This document shows positions 23,453-36,200 of a stretch of DNA of 64,000 nt, piece after piece; position 1 is the first letter of the stretch; each line of letters opens with the position of its first letter. The translations under genes and the position numbers were made by a program. The notes under the pieces were generated by a model. The model was not told the origin of the DNA, did not search any database, and worked only from the letters and a program-made list of their open reading frames with translations. Where the stretch lies: contig NIVC01001208.1 in NCBI GenBank assembly GCA_002269645.1, positions 1 to 64,000 of the forward strand. The letters are read 5' to 3'. This DNA is from Macrostomum lignano. Taxonomy: Eukaryota.

Positions 23453-25880
23453 TCAATCTTTCTTCCGTCGTTTGCCGAGTAAAGTCTTCGCCAACTGTTG
23501 CCCATCAGTCGCGCTGGTTGAGCAGCGTTTCCGGTTCGGCGATGAAGAGGTTGCAGCAGCAGCCTCAGTTTCAGCACCGCCCTCGACAACAGCAGACTTA
23601 GCAGCCAATTTCTGCTCCAAAGAAGCAATCCTAGTTTTCAACTGGTTGATAGTCTGCCTACTAGAACGTTCATGAGAGGCCAAATTTAATCTCAACTGTT
23701 TAACTGCGGCAGAATTTGAGCACACAGTCGCTTTTAAACTAAGAATCTCGCCAAGCAGTCGTTGAACGCACTGACGATCGTCATTGGCGGCCGCCGCAGC
23801 GTCCGGGCCAGCTGTGGCCGAGTTTGAACCAGCGACCGCGCCAGGTGCCGCGGTGGTGGCGGAGGCGGCCGCGGCGGCAGCTAATCGTGACAATTGTCGC
23901 TGATCACCAGCTGCGGCCATCAGCGACAGCAACGATGAGGAAGAATGCGAATGCGAGCAGGCAGGCTGGGCAGCTGATGCGGATCCAACTGCCGCATAGA
24001 CTGGCAGCGAGTGCTGAGAAGCTGCAGCCGCTGCCGCTGCCGTAGCTGCGTCAATTTTAACCAGCGGTTCAATCTGCTCTTCAAAGTGTTCCATAGCCAT
24101 GCTAGACAGATCGCGCAATTCGTGCAATAATTCGTGCGCTCTAGGCGGCTCTACAGTGGCTCGAACTGTGCGCAATATTCGAAATAATTCGTCCAATACT
24201 CGGCCGGGTATGAAACAGCAGCGGCCAAATTGCATGTGCTTTACGTATGTCATGCCGAGCAGGGACACCTGTTCGATGCCAATTTAAACAGCCATTTTTA
24301 ATTGCGCCGATTACCCCAATCTCCTTTGATGGGTGCCGGTGTGAATCCCGCCTCTTGTCCAGTTTCATGTGTGAGTTCCGCTTCTTTTCCAGTTCCGTGT
24401 GTAGGTTCTGATTTTTCCCTGTTCCCTGTGTAGGTTCTGCTTTTCCCCTGTTCCCTGTGTAGGTTCTGCTTTTTCCACTGTTCCCTGTGTAGGTTCTGCT
24501 TTTCCCGTGTTCCCTGTGTAGGTTCTGCTTTTTCCCCTGTTCCCTGTGTAGGTTCCGCTTTTTCCCTGTTCCCTGTGTAGGTTCCGCTTTTTCCCCTGTT
24601 CCCTGTGTAGGTTCCGCTTTTTCCCCTGTTCCCTGTGTAGGTTCCGTTTTTTACCTGTTCCCTGTGTAGGTTCTGCTTTTCCCCCTGTTCCCTGTGTAGG
24701 TTCCGATTTTTCCCCTGTTCCCTGTGTAGGTTCCGATTTTTCCCCTGTTCCCTGTGTAGGTTCCGTTTTTTACCTGTTCCCTGTGTAGGTTCTGCTTTTC
24801 CCCCTGTTCCCTGTGTAGGTTCCGATTTTTCCCCTGTTCCATGTGTAGGTTCTGCTTTTCCCCTGTTCCCTGTGTAGGTTCCGATTTTTCCCCTGTTCAC
24901 TGTGTAGGTTCCGTTTTTTACCTGTTCCCTGTGTAGGTTCTGCTTTTCCCCCTGTTCCCTGTGTAGGTTCCGATTTTTCCCCTGTTCCCTGTGTAGGTTC
25001 CGCTTTTTCCCCTGTTCCCTGTGTCGGTTCCGTTTTTTACCTGTTCCCTGTGTAGGTTCTGCTTTTCCCCCTGTTCCCTGTGTAGGTTCTGCTTTTTCCC
25101 CTGTTCCATGTGTGGGTTCTGCTTTTCCCCCTGTTCCCTGTGTAGGTTCCGCTTTTTCCCCTGTTCCATGTGTGGGTTCTGCTTTTCCCCCTGTTCCCTG
25201 TGAAGGTTCCACCTTTTCCCCCCATTTCCCTGTGGGTTCCGCGTTTTCCCCATTTCCCTTGTATGGGTTCCGCTTTTCGCCAGTTCCCTGTGCGGATTCC
25301 ACTTCTTCCCCAGTTCCCTGTGTAGGTCTTGCTTTTTCTCGAGTTCCCTGTGTGGGTTCCGCTTCTTCCCGAGTTCCCTGTGGGTTCCGCTCCTGAGTTT
25401 CCTGAGTTTCCTGCTTCTTTCCCAGTTCTAGTGTGTGGGTTCCGATTTTCCCCAGTTCCCTGTGTGGGTTCCGCTTCTTTCCCCATTCTTTCGGACAATC
25501 CTATAATAAGAATATTAAGCTGAACTTACCCGCGTGTCAACAGCTGACAGAATTTCGCTATGCCTACTAAACGGATGCTGCTTCCTTTCCGACTCGCGCC
25601 TAGGCAGCTTGGCTTTAACAAATCGCTGACTATCTTGCAAAGTCCGTTCGAGTTTATAGAAACCGCGATTTAAACGACGCTCGCACAGCTGATTAGCCTG
25701 ACGAGATACTGGCCGCAGCTGACTAATAGTGGCATAGCTGAGGTAGCTGAAAATCTTGTCTAGCACCAGGTCTGGCAATTCAAACAGACCCACCATTCTA
25801 TTGCCGCTTGAGTCTGCTGCTTCTAATAATAAACTACTGCTGTCAGCATTGCTGTTGCAGTTGCTTGAGCGCGACTGCAT
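23453..25880 (-). CDS. FBXO28: F-box only protein 28 orthologue
   Basis: Two exons, 25880-25530 and 24268-23453, phase 0. F-box LPDLVLDKIFSYLSY, then VKAKLPRRESERK, ILSAVDTR|VSLL, CCFIPGRVLDELFR and AHELLHELRDLSSMAMEHFEEQI, all recalled as FBXO28 motifs. Confidence 0.93.
24380..25480. repeat. ~30-bp minisatellite filling the FBXO28 intron
   Basis: Unit CCCTGTGTAGGTTCCGCTTTTTCCCCTGTT, degenerating toward 25480. Confidence 0.96.
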
Positions 25881-28487
25881 TATTAACTTAATAGCTCTAA
25901 AACTGTTTAAGCTCAAATCAGTACTTTTTATTTCTTTGTATGAAATGCATGCATTTTACAAACAAAAGTACATTAGTACTTTAACAGTTTTTTTCAATGT
26001 TGATAATAAAGATCTTCATCAAGTTTAATAACTTGGCCATTCATATTAGATTTTTTATTAAAATAGAGTTTGGGTACTATGTTTGAAAATTGAACAAAGT
26101 CAAAGTGTGAAATAAACTACCCTTAGATTTTATGGCTTAAACACTGACATAAACATTGACAGTTTTAATATATAGCCAACTGTTGCGCATGTATAGTTGT
26201 ACTACTACTTACTACTATAATACCCTTTACTACTTATTAGTATTACTAGCAAAAGCAATCTATCTTTCTAAATAGTAACAATGCCATCATATACAACTCT
26301 TTATTTCATACATATAAAGCATAAATGCAAATGATATAATAATGATTTGATATAATCACATAAATGTTATTATACTATACATTGGCAAGTTAAGTTGAGT
26401 GAGACCAGATGATTATATGTGTACTAATGTCAACTGACAGCTGTGTAGTAGTGGTAGTAGTATATTTTATAGCTGACTATGGGCATATGGCTATTAGTAG
26501 GCATAGTAGAGCCATGATCATTTGAAAACTGAAACTAAGTTAAACTTATTTAATTATGATTAGAATATATGTTCTATGTGCTCCAGGCTCTATTCTAAGG
26601 CCCTGGATAATGGGCTCAGAACTTGAGGCTTTTCATATTGCTTTTTCTGGTTCTAGAACCAGAACCAATTTGTAAAGTATAACTTTTTGTCTCCTAAACT
26701 AGAGGGATATTAGTGCTTTAAAATTGTGATTATTGTGATTAAATGGCACTAGCCAAGAAGAAAGTGAAAATTTGTGCAAAGTGAGACTGTTAAGGCAATC
26801 AAACATTCAACCATGAAGAGGCCATGAAGCCATGTCAGTACAAAGCATGACTGTCAGCCATGAAGAGGCTCTTTGACTGTTTCTAGCAGTCATTGAGACT
26901 ATTTTGTTATACAACATTGAGACCTGGACCCTGACAGATACCTTAGAGAGGCAGTTGGATGCTGGATCAGCATGTTGATGTATGTTTGATGTTGGATCAA
27001 AGTTGGACCTTTGAGGCTTTAACCTAAAGTTGCAGAAACATTTAATTACAGCAATCATTGTTTAAGTTTAATCATCACTTTTTTCAAAATGCTTACAAAT
27101 GCGACAGACTTTACATGCACTATACATGGTAAAGTTATCAAATTACACAAACATAATGTCAGTTAGTATTAATAATTGGAATTAGTTAGATAAGATATAA
27201 AAGAATTGAGTTCCATTTTAAGTTTAATTCAATTCAGATACTGGATAGATATAGTATAAGCCCAAGATTAGATTGAATCTTGTCAGCACATTAATGTACA
27301 GCACTAATACAATTACTAATTAGATGACGAGGCATTTTTGTCATAGAAAGGGATTATAGTTACTCTTGCCATTTACCTTTTACTTTGATTTACATTTGGA
27401 AACACATTTGGATATTTCGATTTGGATTTGTAATTTGTTTGTATATTCAGTTTCAGTTTCAGAAACTTACAAAAATCTACATTCGGTCTATCACTAGTAG
27501 CAACTTTGACTCACTAGCCATGTTATTCATCTTGAGCCACTATACAAAGTGTTGCTATTCAAGTTGCAGGGACTACATAGTTAAGGCTAAGGGCAAATAG
27601 TGAGATATCCTAATAGGCTTTGACCAATGCTAGTGCCCTAGACCAAGCTGGGGATATAACTTTTTAAAGGCTATTTTATTTTTGTTAAAAGCATTTTGTT
27701 GTTTTTATATGTATCCAATATTTATAAAATGCATTGTATTCTTGCTTTCTCTCAGTTTAAAATAATAAAATCTTATTATAACTGTGACAACACCTTTTTT
27801 GTACTAAAAACTCATGTAACTCAACTTGACTTTACTTTTTTCCTAATTTGACAAAGTCAAGTTTTTCAAAAAATGACATAAGTAACTTAATTTGCAACTT
27901 GCTAAGTTGAGTACTTGTCTGGCTTCTAGTGCTTGTGCTAAATGTAATATTAATTATATATAGATATATATTATATAACCTCTTCCTCTTTGATGGCTTA
28001 AGGTTTGACCTTAGTATATATAGTAGGCCTATATAACTAATATAAAACTATCCTCTTATTGGTTATCTTGACTTTTGTATCTGATTTTTTCAATGTTTTT
28101 TTAAATATATTTTCTTGACAAACACTGTCACCATTTTTATACTATTAAAAAAACATTTTTATGCAATATATCATTTTTTAGCTTTTCTATTTATAAGCTA
28201 TCGAAAAAATCTAATATAGAAAGAATAGAGGCCTAGTTTTTAGAAGAATTTGCAACAAGGCAGTAATTATGCATCTAGTACCAGATAAATAAAAGTAAAG
28301 TTATTTGTCTAGTACCAGCTGAGCTGCGTGAATTTATATGCCACTCTGCACATCTTCTCTAGCAAGGTATACTAGTGTGATATTAGAGTGTCTTCCTGAT
28401 GATCAGTCAGTTACTAAAATTGAATCTGTAGTGATAACTCCATTTTTTTTTGTAACAACTCTAAGTATTGTTGTAATAATTCTAAGT

Positions 28488-28793
28488 ATTCAAGCATTTC
28501 GCTTTCCAATTTTCTGCGCACTCCCAAAGACTCGCTGGCTGGGGGGTGGCCTGGGTGGACTCGGTCCTAGCACCGTCCCTGATTCCACTGTTTGGGTTGG
28601 CGGTGTCTTGTACCGTAGGCTTGGGTCAACTCGCCCTTTCCCTAGCTTTAAGCTAGGCCCAATCCCAATGTATTCAAGGGGTATCTCGGGCCCTGGACAG
28701 CTAATGCCTTGGCCCCTGGTAGTGCCCCCCAGCGGCAGAGCCCACCCCGGGCTGATCCGCGGGTAGCTAAGCTTCCCACCCTCGTTTAACAAC
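28488..28793 (+). mobile_element. 306-bp GC-rich insertion with 13-bp target-site duplication (probable retroposon)
   Basis: AATAATTCTAAGT at 28475-28487 and 28794-28806; ends in TTTAACAAC; GC- and CpG-rich inside AT-rich flanks. Confidence 0.7.
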
Positions 28794-29384
28794 AATAATT
28801 CTAAGTTTTTATTTTGTCATTTGTGTTATACAGCAGCAAATGTTGTTATTATTTTGACTATACTATGAGTATGACTACTGTTTACTGTGAAACCATACTG
28901 ATATGTATAGAACAAAATATAATAAAGGTAAAAGTAAAATTATACAAAACTGCTAAATTCAGCAATGACATGTGGACTAGGCCCCTATATGCCCAATTTT
29001 TTGTCCAAGTTCTAGAATTTCTGAGAAACAATACTATCTAATCATAACTAATATTTTCTGCTTCTAGGCCTAGCTTAAAAGTGAACTATATACTACTATT
29101 CCCTGTATTTTACAAGTTTTTATTATATATCCATGTCCATACTGTGCTGGAAAAATAACTTCACTTTTATTCATCTGGTACCAAATGAATAATAGTTACA
29201 TTATTATTCATCCTCATCCAATACCAATACCAGATGAATAGTCACTGCTTTGCAACAATACTTAAGAATTAGTCTTATGACTCTTATTATTATTCCAAAT
29301 AGGCTAAGCTTAGCCACAGGTTTTTTTGTGGTTGTATAAAGATATTAGCCCTACCTATGCCTAGGTTTTTTCTAAGGTTGGAAA

Positions 29385-29690
29385 TCCAGTTGCCAGCTGG
29401 CCCTTGGGGCTCAAAATCCAGTTGCTAGCTGCCCTTTGGGGCTCAAAATCTAGTTGCCAGCTGGCCTTTGGGGCTCAAAATCTAGTTGCCAGCTGCCCCT
29501 TAGGGCTCAAAATCCAGTTGCCAGCTGGCCCTTGGGGCTCAAAATCCAGTTGCCAGCTGGCCCTTGGGGCTCAAAATCCAGTTGCCAGCTAGCCCTTGGG
29601 GCTCAAAATCCAGTTGCCAGCTGGCCCTTGGGGCTCAAAATCCAGTTGCCAGCTGGCCTTTGGGGCTCAAAATCTAGTTGCCAATGGCTA
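29385..29690. repeat. 32-bp minisatellite
   Basis: Unit CCAGCTGGCCCTTGGGGCTCAAAATCCAGTTG. Confidence 0.93.
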
Positions 29691-31709
29691 TTTTTGGTTG
29701 CCCATTGGTATCTAGCCAAATTCTCAAGGTTAGATATTTCCAACACTACATTTAAAAGCACAAATTTGTTTTCTTAACTCTAAGATTGCTATCTATGCTG
29801 CAAATAATAACAAGCTATCAATTCTATCATATGATCATATTTATTAGTTACGCTTACAAAATCATTTTTTTAAATTGGCAACTAGCACAGGGAAAATAAA
29901 GTTGCCAGATTGGCCTCTGATAAGCCAAAAATCCAGTTGCCAATAAGATTTTCAGGGGGCCAAAAAACCTTGTATGGCCCAAAAAAACCCTGACCTATAC
30001 ACAACCTTGGTAGCGAGTCCCGTGCTGTGAGCTATATACAAGGTAGGAAAAATGGAAAAAATGTAAAGAAGGTATCAACTTAAAAAATGAATAAAATAAA
30101 AACTATACACAGTATAAAGAAGCCACAATATAAACTAAAAATCTGATGAATGCTACTTTCTAGTGAGTGTCTTATTGTTTAAATCGTGCAAGTATAAAAA
30201 AGTTACACTTGGTCAAACTTTATGCATTTTGTACTTAATTTATAAAATGAAGCCGAAAAATGGGAAAAATATATGCTTCGAGCAAACTGAAAATCATTGC
30301 AAAATTGAAGGACTATAAAACAAGGTAGTGAACACAATGGAATAACATAGCCCTGGCCTATATGACTACAAAAGCATTATTCAAAAGTTCCATCGATGGT
30401 TTTTCAAAGGACAAAAACTCAAAAACAAAATTTTGCTGGCCTCTTATAGGGGTACATGAAAAATTTTCTAATATTTCTCTAAATCTAAAATTTTCTACCA
30501 GAACTAGAACAAACAATATGAAAGGAGGCCCTGATCGAGATTCGAGCTGATGTAACAGTAAATTCGAATTGCTGCACAAAGCCGGAGCATGACGAAATAT
30601 TGTGTCCAAGTTCTACCGGTAAAAGCAATGCTGTATTGACCTTTAAAGCGACATGGCTGATTTCAAACGCCATATTTTATTGTAAAATTATGCATGATAT
30701 TTTAAGTTACTATATTGATTATTCATGACGCAAACATATAATTTGAAGGGTCCTCATGAAGGCATATAAAAATGGGGTGTTGCTATTTCGCGGCCCAGCC
30801 CGGCCCGGCGGCCCCTATTTAGCCAATGTAAATCTATTTTAGTAAATAAGTAAAACAAAAAATACTGACCAGAATGCCGCATATTTTAAAAGTCAATTGT
30901 GAGTTTACTACATTGTAAAATAATGATTGTTAATTTAATGAACTTCTGATTAGAACTTCGGGTTTTGAAAATGTAATTAATCGTAAGTGACATTTTACTT
31001 TAAAACAAATTGTTTGAAAATAGTTTACGTTTTTTAAAGCTAAATTAAGCTTTTAACGATTAACTTTCTTTCACATTTACAAAACAAATTTTTACAGCAA
31101 CCTTTTTGCAATAATTTAAAAAAAGCATTTCAAAGAAAGCAATGTTTAATTTCAAAACTATAGACTACAATCAGTGGTAAACTTTTAAGCTTTAGGCCGT
31201 TAAGCCGTAATGCCTGCACATACCTCACACACTGTCTCTGACTGACTAAAGTCTGATAAAACAGTAAAAACGTAAATCTGTAAAACTATATAGTGGCTAA
31301 TTTTTTCGTTTAGAGTAGTCCCATTCCGGCATTCCTTCTATTAGTATTTACCCCTTTTGCTTTTATGGCATTTTGATGTCCCATCATTTATTGATGTCCA
31401 CATGTATGACAGAGTCAGACAGACATGTACTTTCTTCATTGATTCCTTTAACAGCCACCCTCAAATTGTTTTTATAATATCAAATTACCAACGATAGTGT
31501 GGAGGTATTTTTTTGCACAATGAAAGGCCTAATTTTTCAAAATTAGTATAGATTAGAAAGATCTAGTATACAACGATGTATGACAGAGGGAGAAAGAGAG
31601 CTGGAACAAAAATGATGTAAAAAGTGTCATGAAGCAAAAAAGATAATTTTAATAATTTTATGCAAATGATATAACAATAATATTATTGTTATAATTTTCC
31701 CAAACTTTT

Positions 31710-31870
31710 AGGGGGCCGTAGCCAAGTGTTCTAATGCAAGCTCTGGTATGCCAGCGACCCAGGCTTGATTCCAAGTGTAGTCACATTAATTTAGCCTTAG
31801 GGCTGAATTGGAATCTTGGCTTGGCTCTGCTTGTGCAATTAATGGCCTTGAGAGCCAACCCCTCAAGGTG
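31710..31870 (+). mobile_element. Degenerate tRNA-headed SINE of a second family
   Basis: GGGGCCGTAGCCAAGTG (A-box-like) and GGCTTGATTCC (decayed B-box); no complete cloverleaf. Confidence 0.35.
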
Positions 31871-32877
31871 CAATAAAGTGTACATGCCTTAATGATAAAA
31901 TAAAGTTAGGGCCGCTGTACACTCCTATATGAGTGTGTGCTTGAATCCACAATGCTTGAATGCTTGTATCTGTATGCTTGTATGCCTGCTCAAGGGAGTC
32001 GGCAGAATGGCAGTAATGCCTTTTGCCAGTTGTGCCTATGTCGCTTAAAGTGCACAAGGGTGCATATAACCCCCCTGCCTCTATTAAAAAAATCCTAAAC
32101 TTTTAAAATAGCAAAATACTTTTGATAGACTTTGCAAAGTTTAAGTTATTGTATAATTACTAAAAATAGAAAATTTTCTATGAGCAATAATGATAATTTC
32201 TTTATAGTGTCTCTTAGTAAATTATGTTGGCTTGGTATTGGCATTGCTTTAGTTAGTTGATTTAGCTAAGCATTGTATACTTATTATACAATATTAATAT
32301 GTTGTAATTGTATACTATATTATAATCATTATAATAGATAGAAGTATTAGTATACTATTGCCCATCCTCTCAAAAAATATGCATTTGATATGTACTTACT
32401 ATCAAAATATATTGATTTGGTAAATCTCTTTATTAAAACTTACCTAGCATTGGGGAGGCAATATAAACAAAATCTGTTGTGTGGCTAAATGTGCTATAGA
32501 AAAAAAGCATTATGGGCAAACCTTGGCAAGAAAAAATTCCATGGGCAATTCGCTTGCAGGCAAATCTCCATGGGCAAAATGCACTGCAGGCAAATCTTGG
32601 TGGGAAAAGCTCAGTAAGCAAATCTCCTGTGGCTAAATCTTTGCAGACATTTCTTGTACTCCCAAAGTGCTTTGTATAAACACAATTGTCAATAGCTTGA
32701 TCAAAATTTAGCTCCCATTAAATAAGCATCAGTAGATAAAAAGTTTTGTAGTTTAGACAAATTCAATTGAAAAGGGTATATTTTTATATGGCAGTAAAAT
32801 AAGGCTTGTGTTATTATAAATTATCTACACTTGTAAGATTTAAGTTTTATAATATATCTGGTCTTCTGATCTTACAA

Positions 32878-33160
32878 GGTGTTGTAGCCTAATGGTTAGA
32901 ACATCAGGCTCATAACTAAAAGGTTTGAGGTTTGAATCTTGACCTACATGAAGTATTTTGTGTCCTTGAGCAAAGATACTTAACTCTGCATTGCTTTAGT
33001 TCACCTAGTTAAAATGGGTTCCAGCATTAGCTAAAGTAATTGAAGGTGTGACAACCCCCAGTCCTTGGACTGAATAGCCATATGCAGCAATATGCAGGTG
33101 GAGCTGTTGGTTGCATGTCTTATCATTAGAGAAGGTGTAATCAACTATTATTTTTATTAT
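32878..33160 (+). mobile_element. tRNA-derived CORE-like SINE, near full length and decayed
   Basis: A-box TAGCCTAATGG, B-box-like GGTTTGAATC, CORE-like TGTGTCCTTGAGCAAAGATACTTAAC...TAAAATGGG, tail TGTAATCAACTATTATT. Confidence 0.8.
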
Positions 33161-33284
33161 TAATACTGATCCTACATATTTCAATTCCTGAGTAAAAATG
33201 CTTCAAGATTCGAATGCATAAAAGTAGACAGAATTGAACAGGTGACAGAAGATATCTCTAGTCATTAACTGATTATTAATCATA

Positions 33285-36200
33285 ATGCCCAAACGATGGG
33301 AAGTGTATCCAGGCAAGAGTCAGGTCCTCTGCAGTGGTCGCTGCATCTCGGCCAAGAATCTATCAGTGTTCTACCTCACTCTGGCCCTGATTGTCATCAG
33401 TTCGTGCCTATTTTTAGCATTCGACTGCAGGCTGCTAGCTGTGACTCTGTCTCCATCAGTGCCCGTCTTGGCCGCTGTGCAATTCATCTTTGTACTGTGC
33501 TGCCTGTTGAGAACTACATTTAGCGATCCCGGAATTATTCCTAGGGGCACGCCAGACGAAGCTGCCTGGATTGAATCTCAGCTGGGTGAGAGCTGGCTGC
33601 CTTGAAACTTTTGAGGGGTCAATTTTCTGTTTAGCTGCTGTGGCATTTAACTGTCGAAGTCATGTTTTTATGGGTTAAATAAAACCAATTGGAGACAAGT
33701 CGGAGTGAACTTTCGGTAAAAGTGTAGAATTATGTAGACACTGACGATAATTTTCATTAATTTACGAGTATCACTAAAATTTGTATCTAGATATATTACT
33801 AGTATATAAAAATACAGCAATCGATTAAGTATAAATAGTTTTTTTAGCTCTTTTAGTCTCTTTACATAGCTCCTAGAGGATTACGCAAGGTTTAGCATAA
33901 ACAAAGCTAGATTTTTTATTTGACTAACTAAATCCCTTGCATAAATTGCTTTTGTGCAAAGGTGCTTGCTACTTTAGATCAATATGCTGTCTAATTCACG
34001 TGTCACATTACTGAATGCTTACCGATCTGTGAAAGTGCTTTGCACGTATCGATGTTTTGCTGCTTTGCCACAATGCCACAATGTAAATTAAACATGGAAT
34101 TCTTTATTTGCATATTACCCTCGTGTGCTCTGGTCTTTTCTAAATACTATGGCATTCTGTTGCTCGATTCTGTCTGTTTTAAACATTGTTGTTGCGGCTA
34201 ATCAAAGGGCTAATGAGTGTTGCGGCTGATTAAAGGGCTAATGAGTGTTGCGGCTGATTAGAGGGCTAATGAGTGTTGCGGCTGATTAGAGGGCTAATGA
34301 GTGTTGCGGCTGATTAGAGGGCTAATGAGTGTGACGGAGCTGATTAAAGGGCTAATGAGTGTGACGGAGCTGATTAAAGGGCTAATGAGTGTGACGGAGC
34401 TGATCAAAGGGCTAATGAGTGTAACGGAGCTGATCAAAGGGCTAATGAGTGTGACGGAGCTGATTAAAGGGCTAATGAGTGTGACGGAGCTGATTAAAGG
34501 GCTAATGAGTGTGACGGAGCTGATCAAAGGGCTAATGAGTGTGACGGAGCTGATCAAAGGGCTAATGAGTGTGACGGAGCTGATCAAAGGGCTAATGAGT
34601 GTGACGGAGCTGATCAAAGGGCTAATGAGTGTGACGGAGCTGATCAAAGGGCTAATGAGTGTGACGGAGCTGATCAAAGGGCTAATGAGTGTGACGGAGC
34701 TGATCAAAGGGCTAATGAGTGTGACGGAGCTGATCAAAGGGCTAATGAGTGTGACGGAGCTGATCAAAGGGCTAATGAGTGTGACGGAGCTGATCCAAGG
34801 GCTAATGAGTGTGACGGAGCTGATCAAAAGTTAAAATGTGGCGGGGCTGATCAATGGGCAGCTTAGAGGCTAGTGATTACACAATCTAGTAATGAAAACC
34901 ACCCTTAGCGGTGAATGCGGTGTCCTAATTAATACTAATCTAAGTTCAATACTCGCCCCCCTCTCCTACCTGCCAGAGGGCCCCCAGGTCGATCGAGACG
35001 GCAATTACCGACCGCCTGTACGCCTGAAAGATGTACAGATTAATGGCAGGGTATTCAAGCTAAAGTACTGCTTCACCTGCAAACTGTGGCGTCCGCCAAG
35101 GTCGAGTCACTGCTCAACCTGCGACAATTGCGTGGATAGATTCGATCACCATTGCCCGTGGGTTGGCAACTGCGTTGGCAGGCGGAATTACCGTTATTTT
35201 TATCTGTTCCTGATCAGCTTGTCTGTTTATTGCCTATACGTTATGGTGTTCGGCATTGTTAATTTGGTGCTGCGTAAGTTTCTTTCTCGCTTTACAGCTT
35301 TGCTGTCAATGCTTGAGAATGTTCTGTCATTTAGTAATTACTCAATGCGAGCTCAAATGCAGTCTGAAAACAAAACGGGTCTATGAGCGTAAAATAAAAA
35401 AATAGTCTGATTTTAAGTGGGGGCTTCGCCTCTACACCCCCATTCCGCATTCCCACTGGGATCCTGATGCTATGGCCATTACCATGAAATCTCACTTCCA
35501 GACCAATTGCTGAACCAATTAGCGAGTTGTTTACGCCTGCAAGCTCGGGCTTCTAAACTTATCAAAGTCATTTCAGCTGCCTTTATTTTTATAAAATAGC
35601 CTATGTATTTATCTTTGCTACTGAACTGAAAGTAGAAAGCATATGCCTGAGTGGCCCATCTAGATACTTTAGTACCTATTCAAATATTTTCTATTTCAGT
35701 GTCCAACATGCGCAAAGATTTCCTAATGGCCATGAAGGAGTCGCCTACAAGATATCCTTTGTTACTTAGTTTATGAATTTTTTTCCTAATCACACTTTTT
35801 GTATTGAAGTGAAGTTATCATGATATTTTCCTTAACCCTGGCGCCGCCAACGTTAACTGTGCTCACTATACTAGTTGCATTTTTCTCTATCTGGTCGGTC
35901 GTCGGTCTTGGCGGCTTTCACACTATGCTTATCTGCAGGGAGACATCTACTAATGAGGATGTAAGTTATTTTTATTATCTTAATTTTATTGTTCTCACTT
36001 TCTCTGTTGGCTTGAAATATTAAAATAACTCTGAAATATTTACTGTTGGCTGGAATTTGTTATCTTACGAGTAGCACCCCTTCGTGTAGTTTGATTCCTA
36101 TTGGCTAGTCGTTATATGGCTTTGGAGTCCCTAAATCGTTTACTATTCACCGGTAGTGTAAATCGAAACCTATTGGCTGACAATCTAAATCGATATCATA

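Noticed and set aside
24298-25498. 334-aa TQGTGEKAEP-repeat ORF on the FBXO28 strand
   Set aside because: It lies within the single intron whose removal joins DTR|VSLL exactly as in FBXO28 orthologues.
32878-32950. Possible tRNA gene
   Set aside because: No complete cloverleaf, and it continues into CORE-like SINE body sequence.
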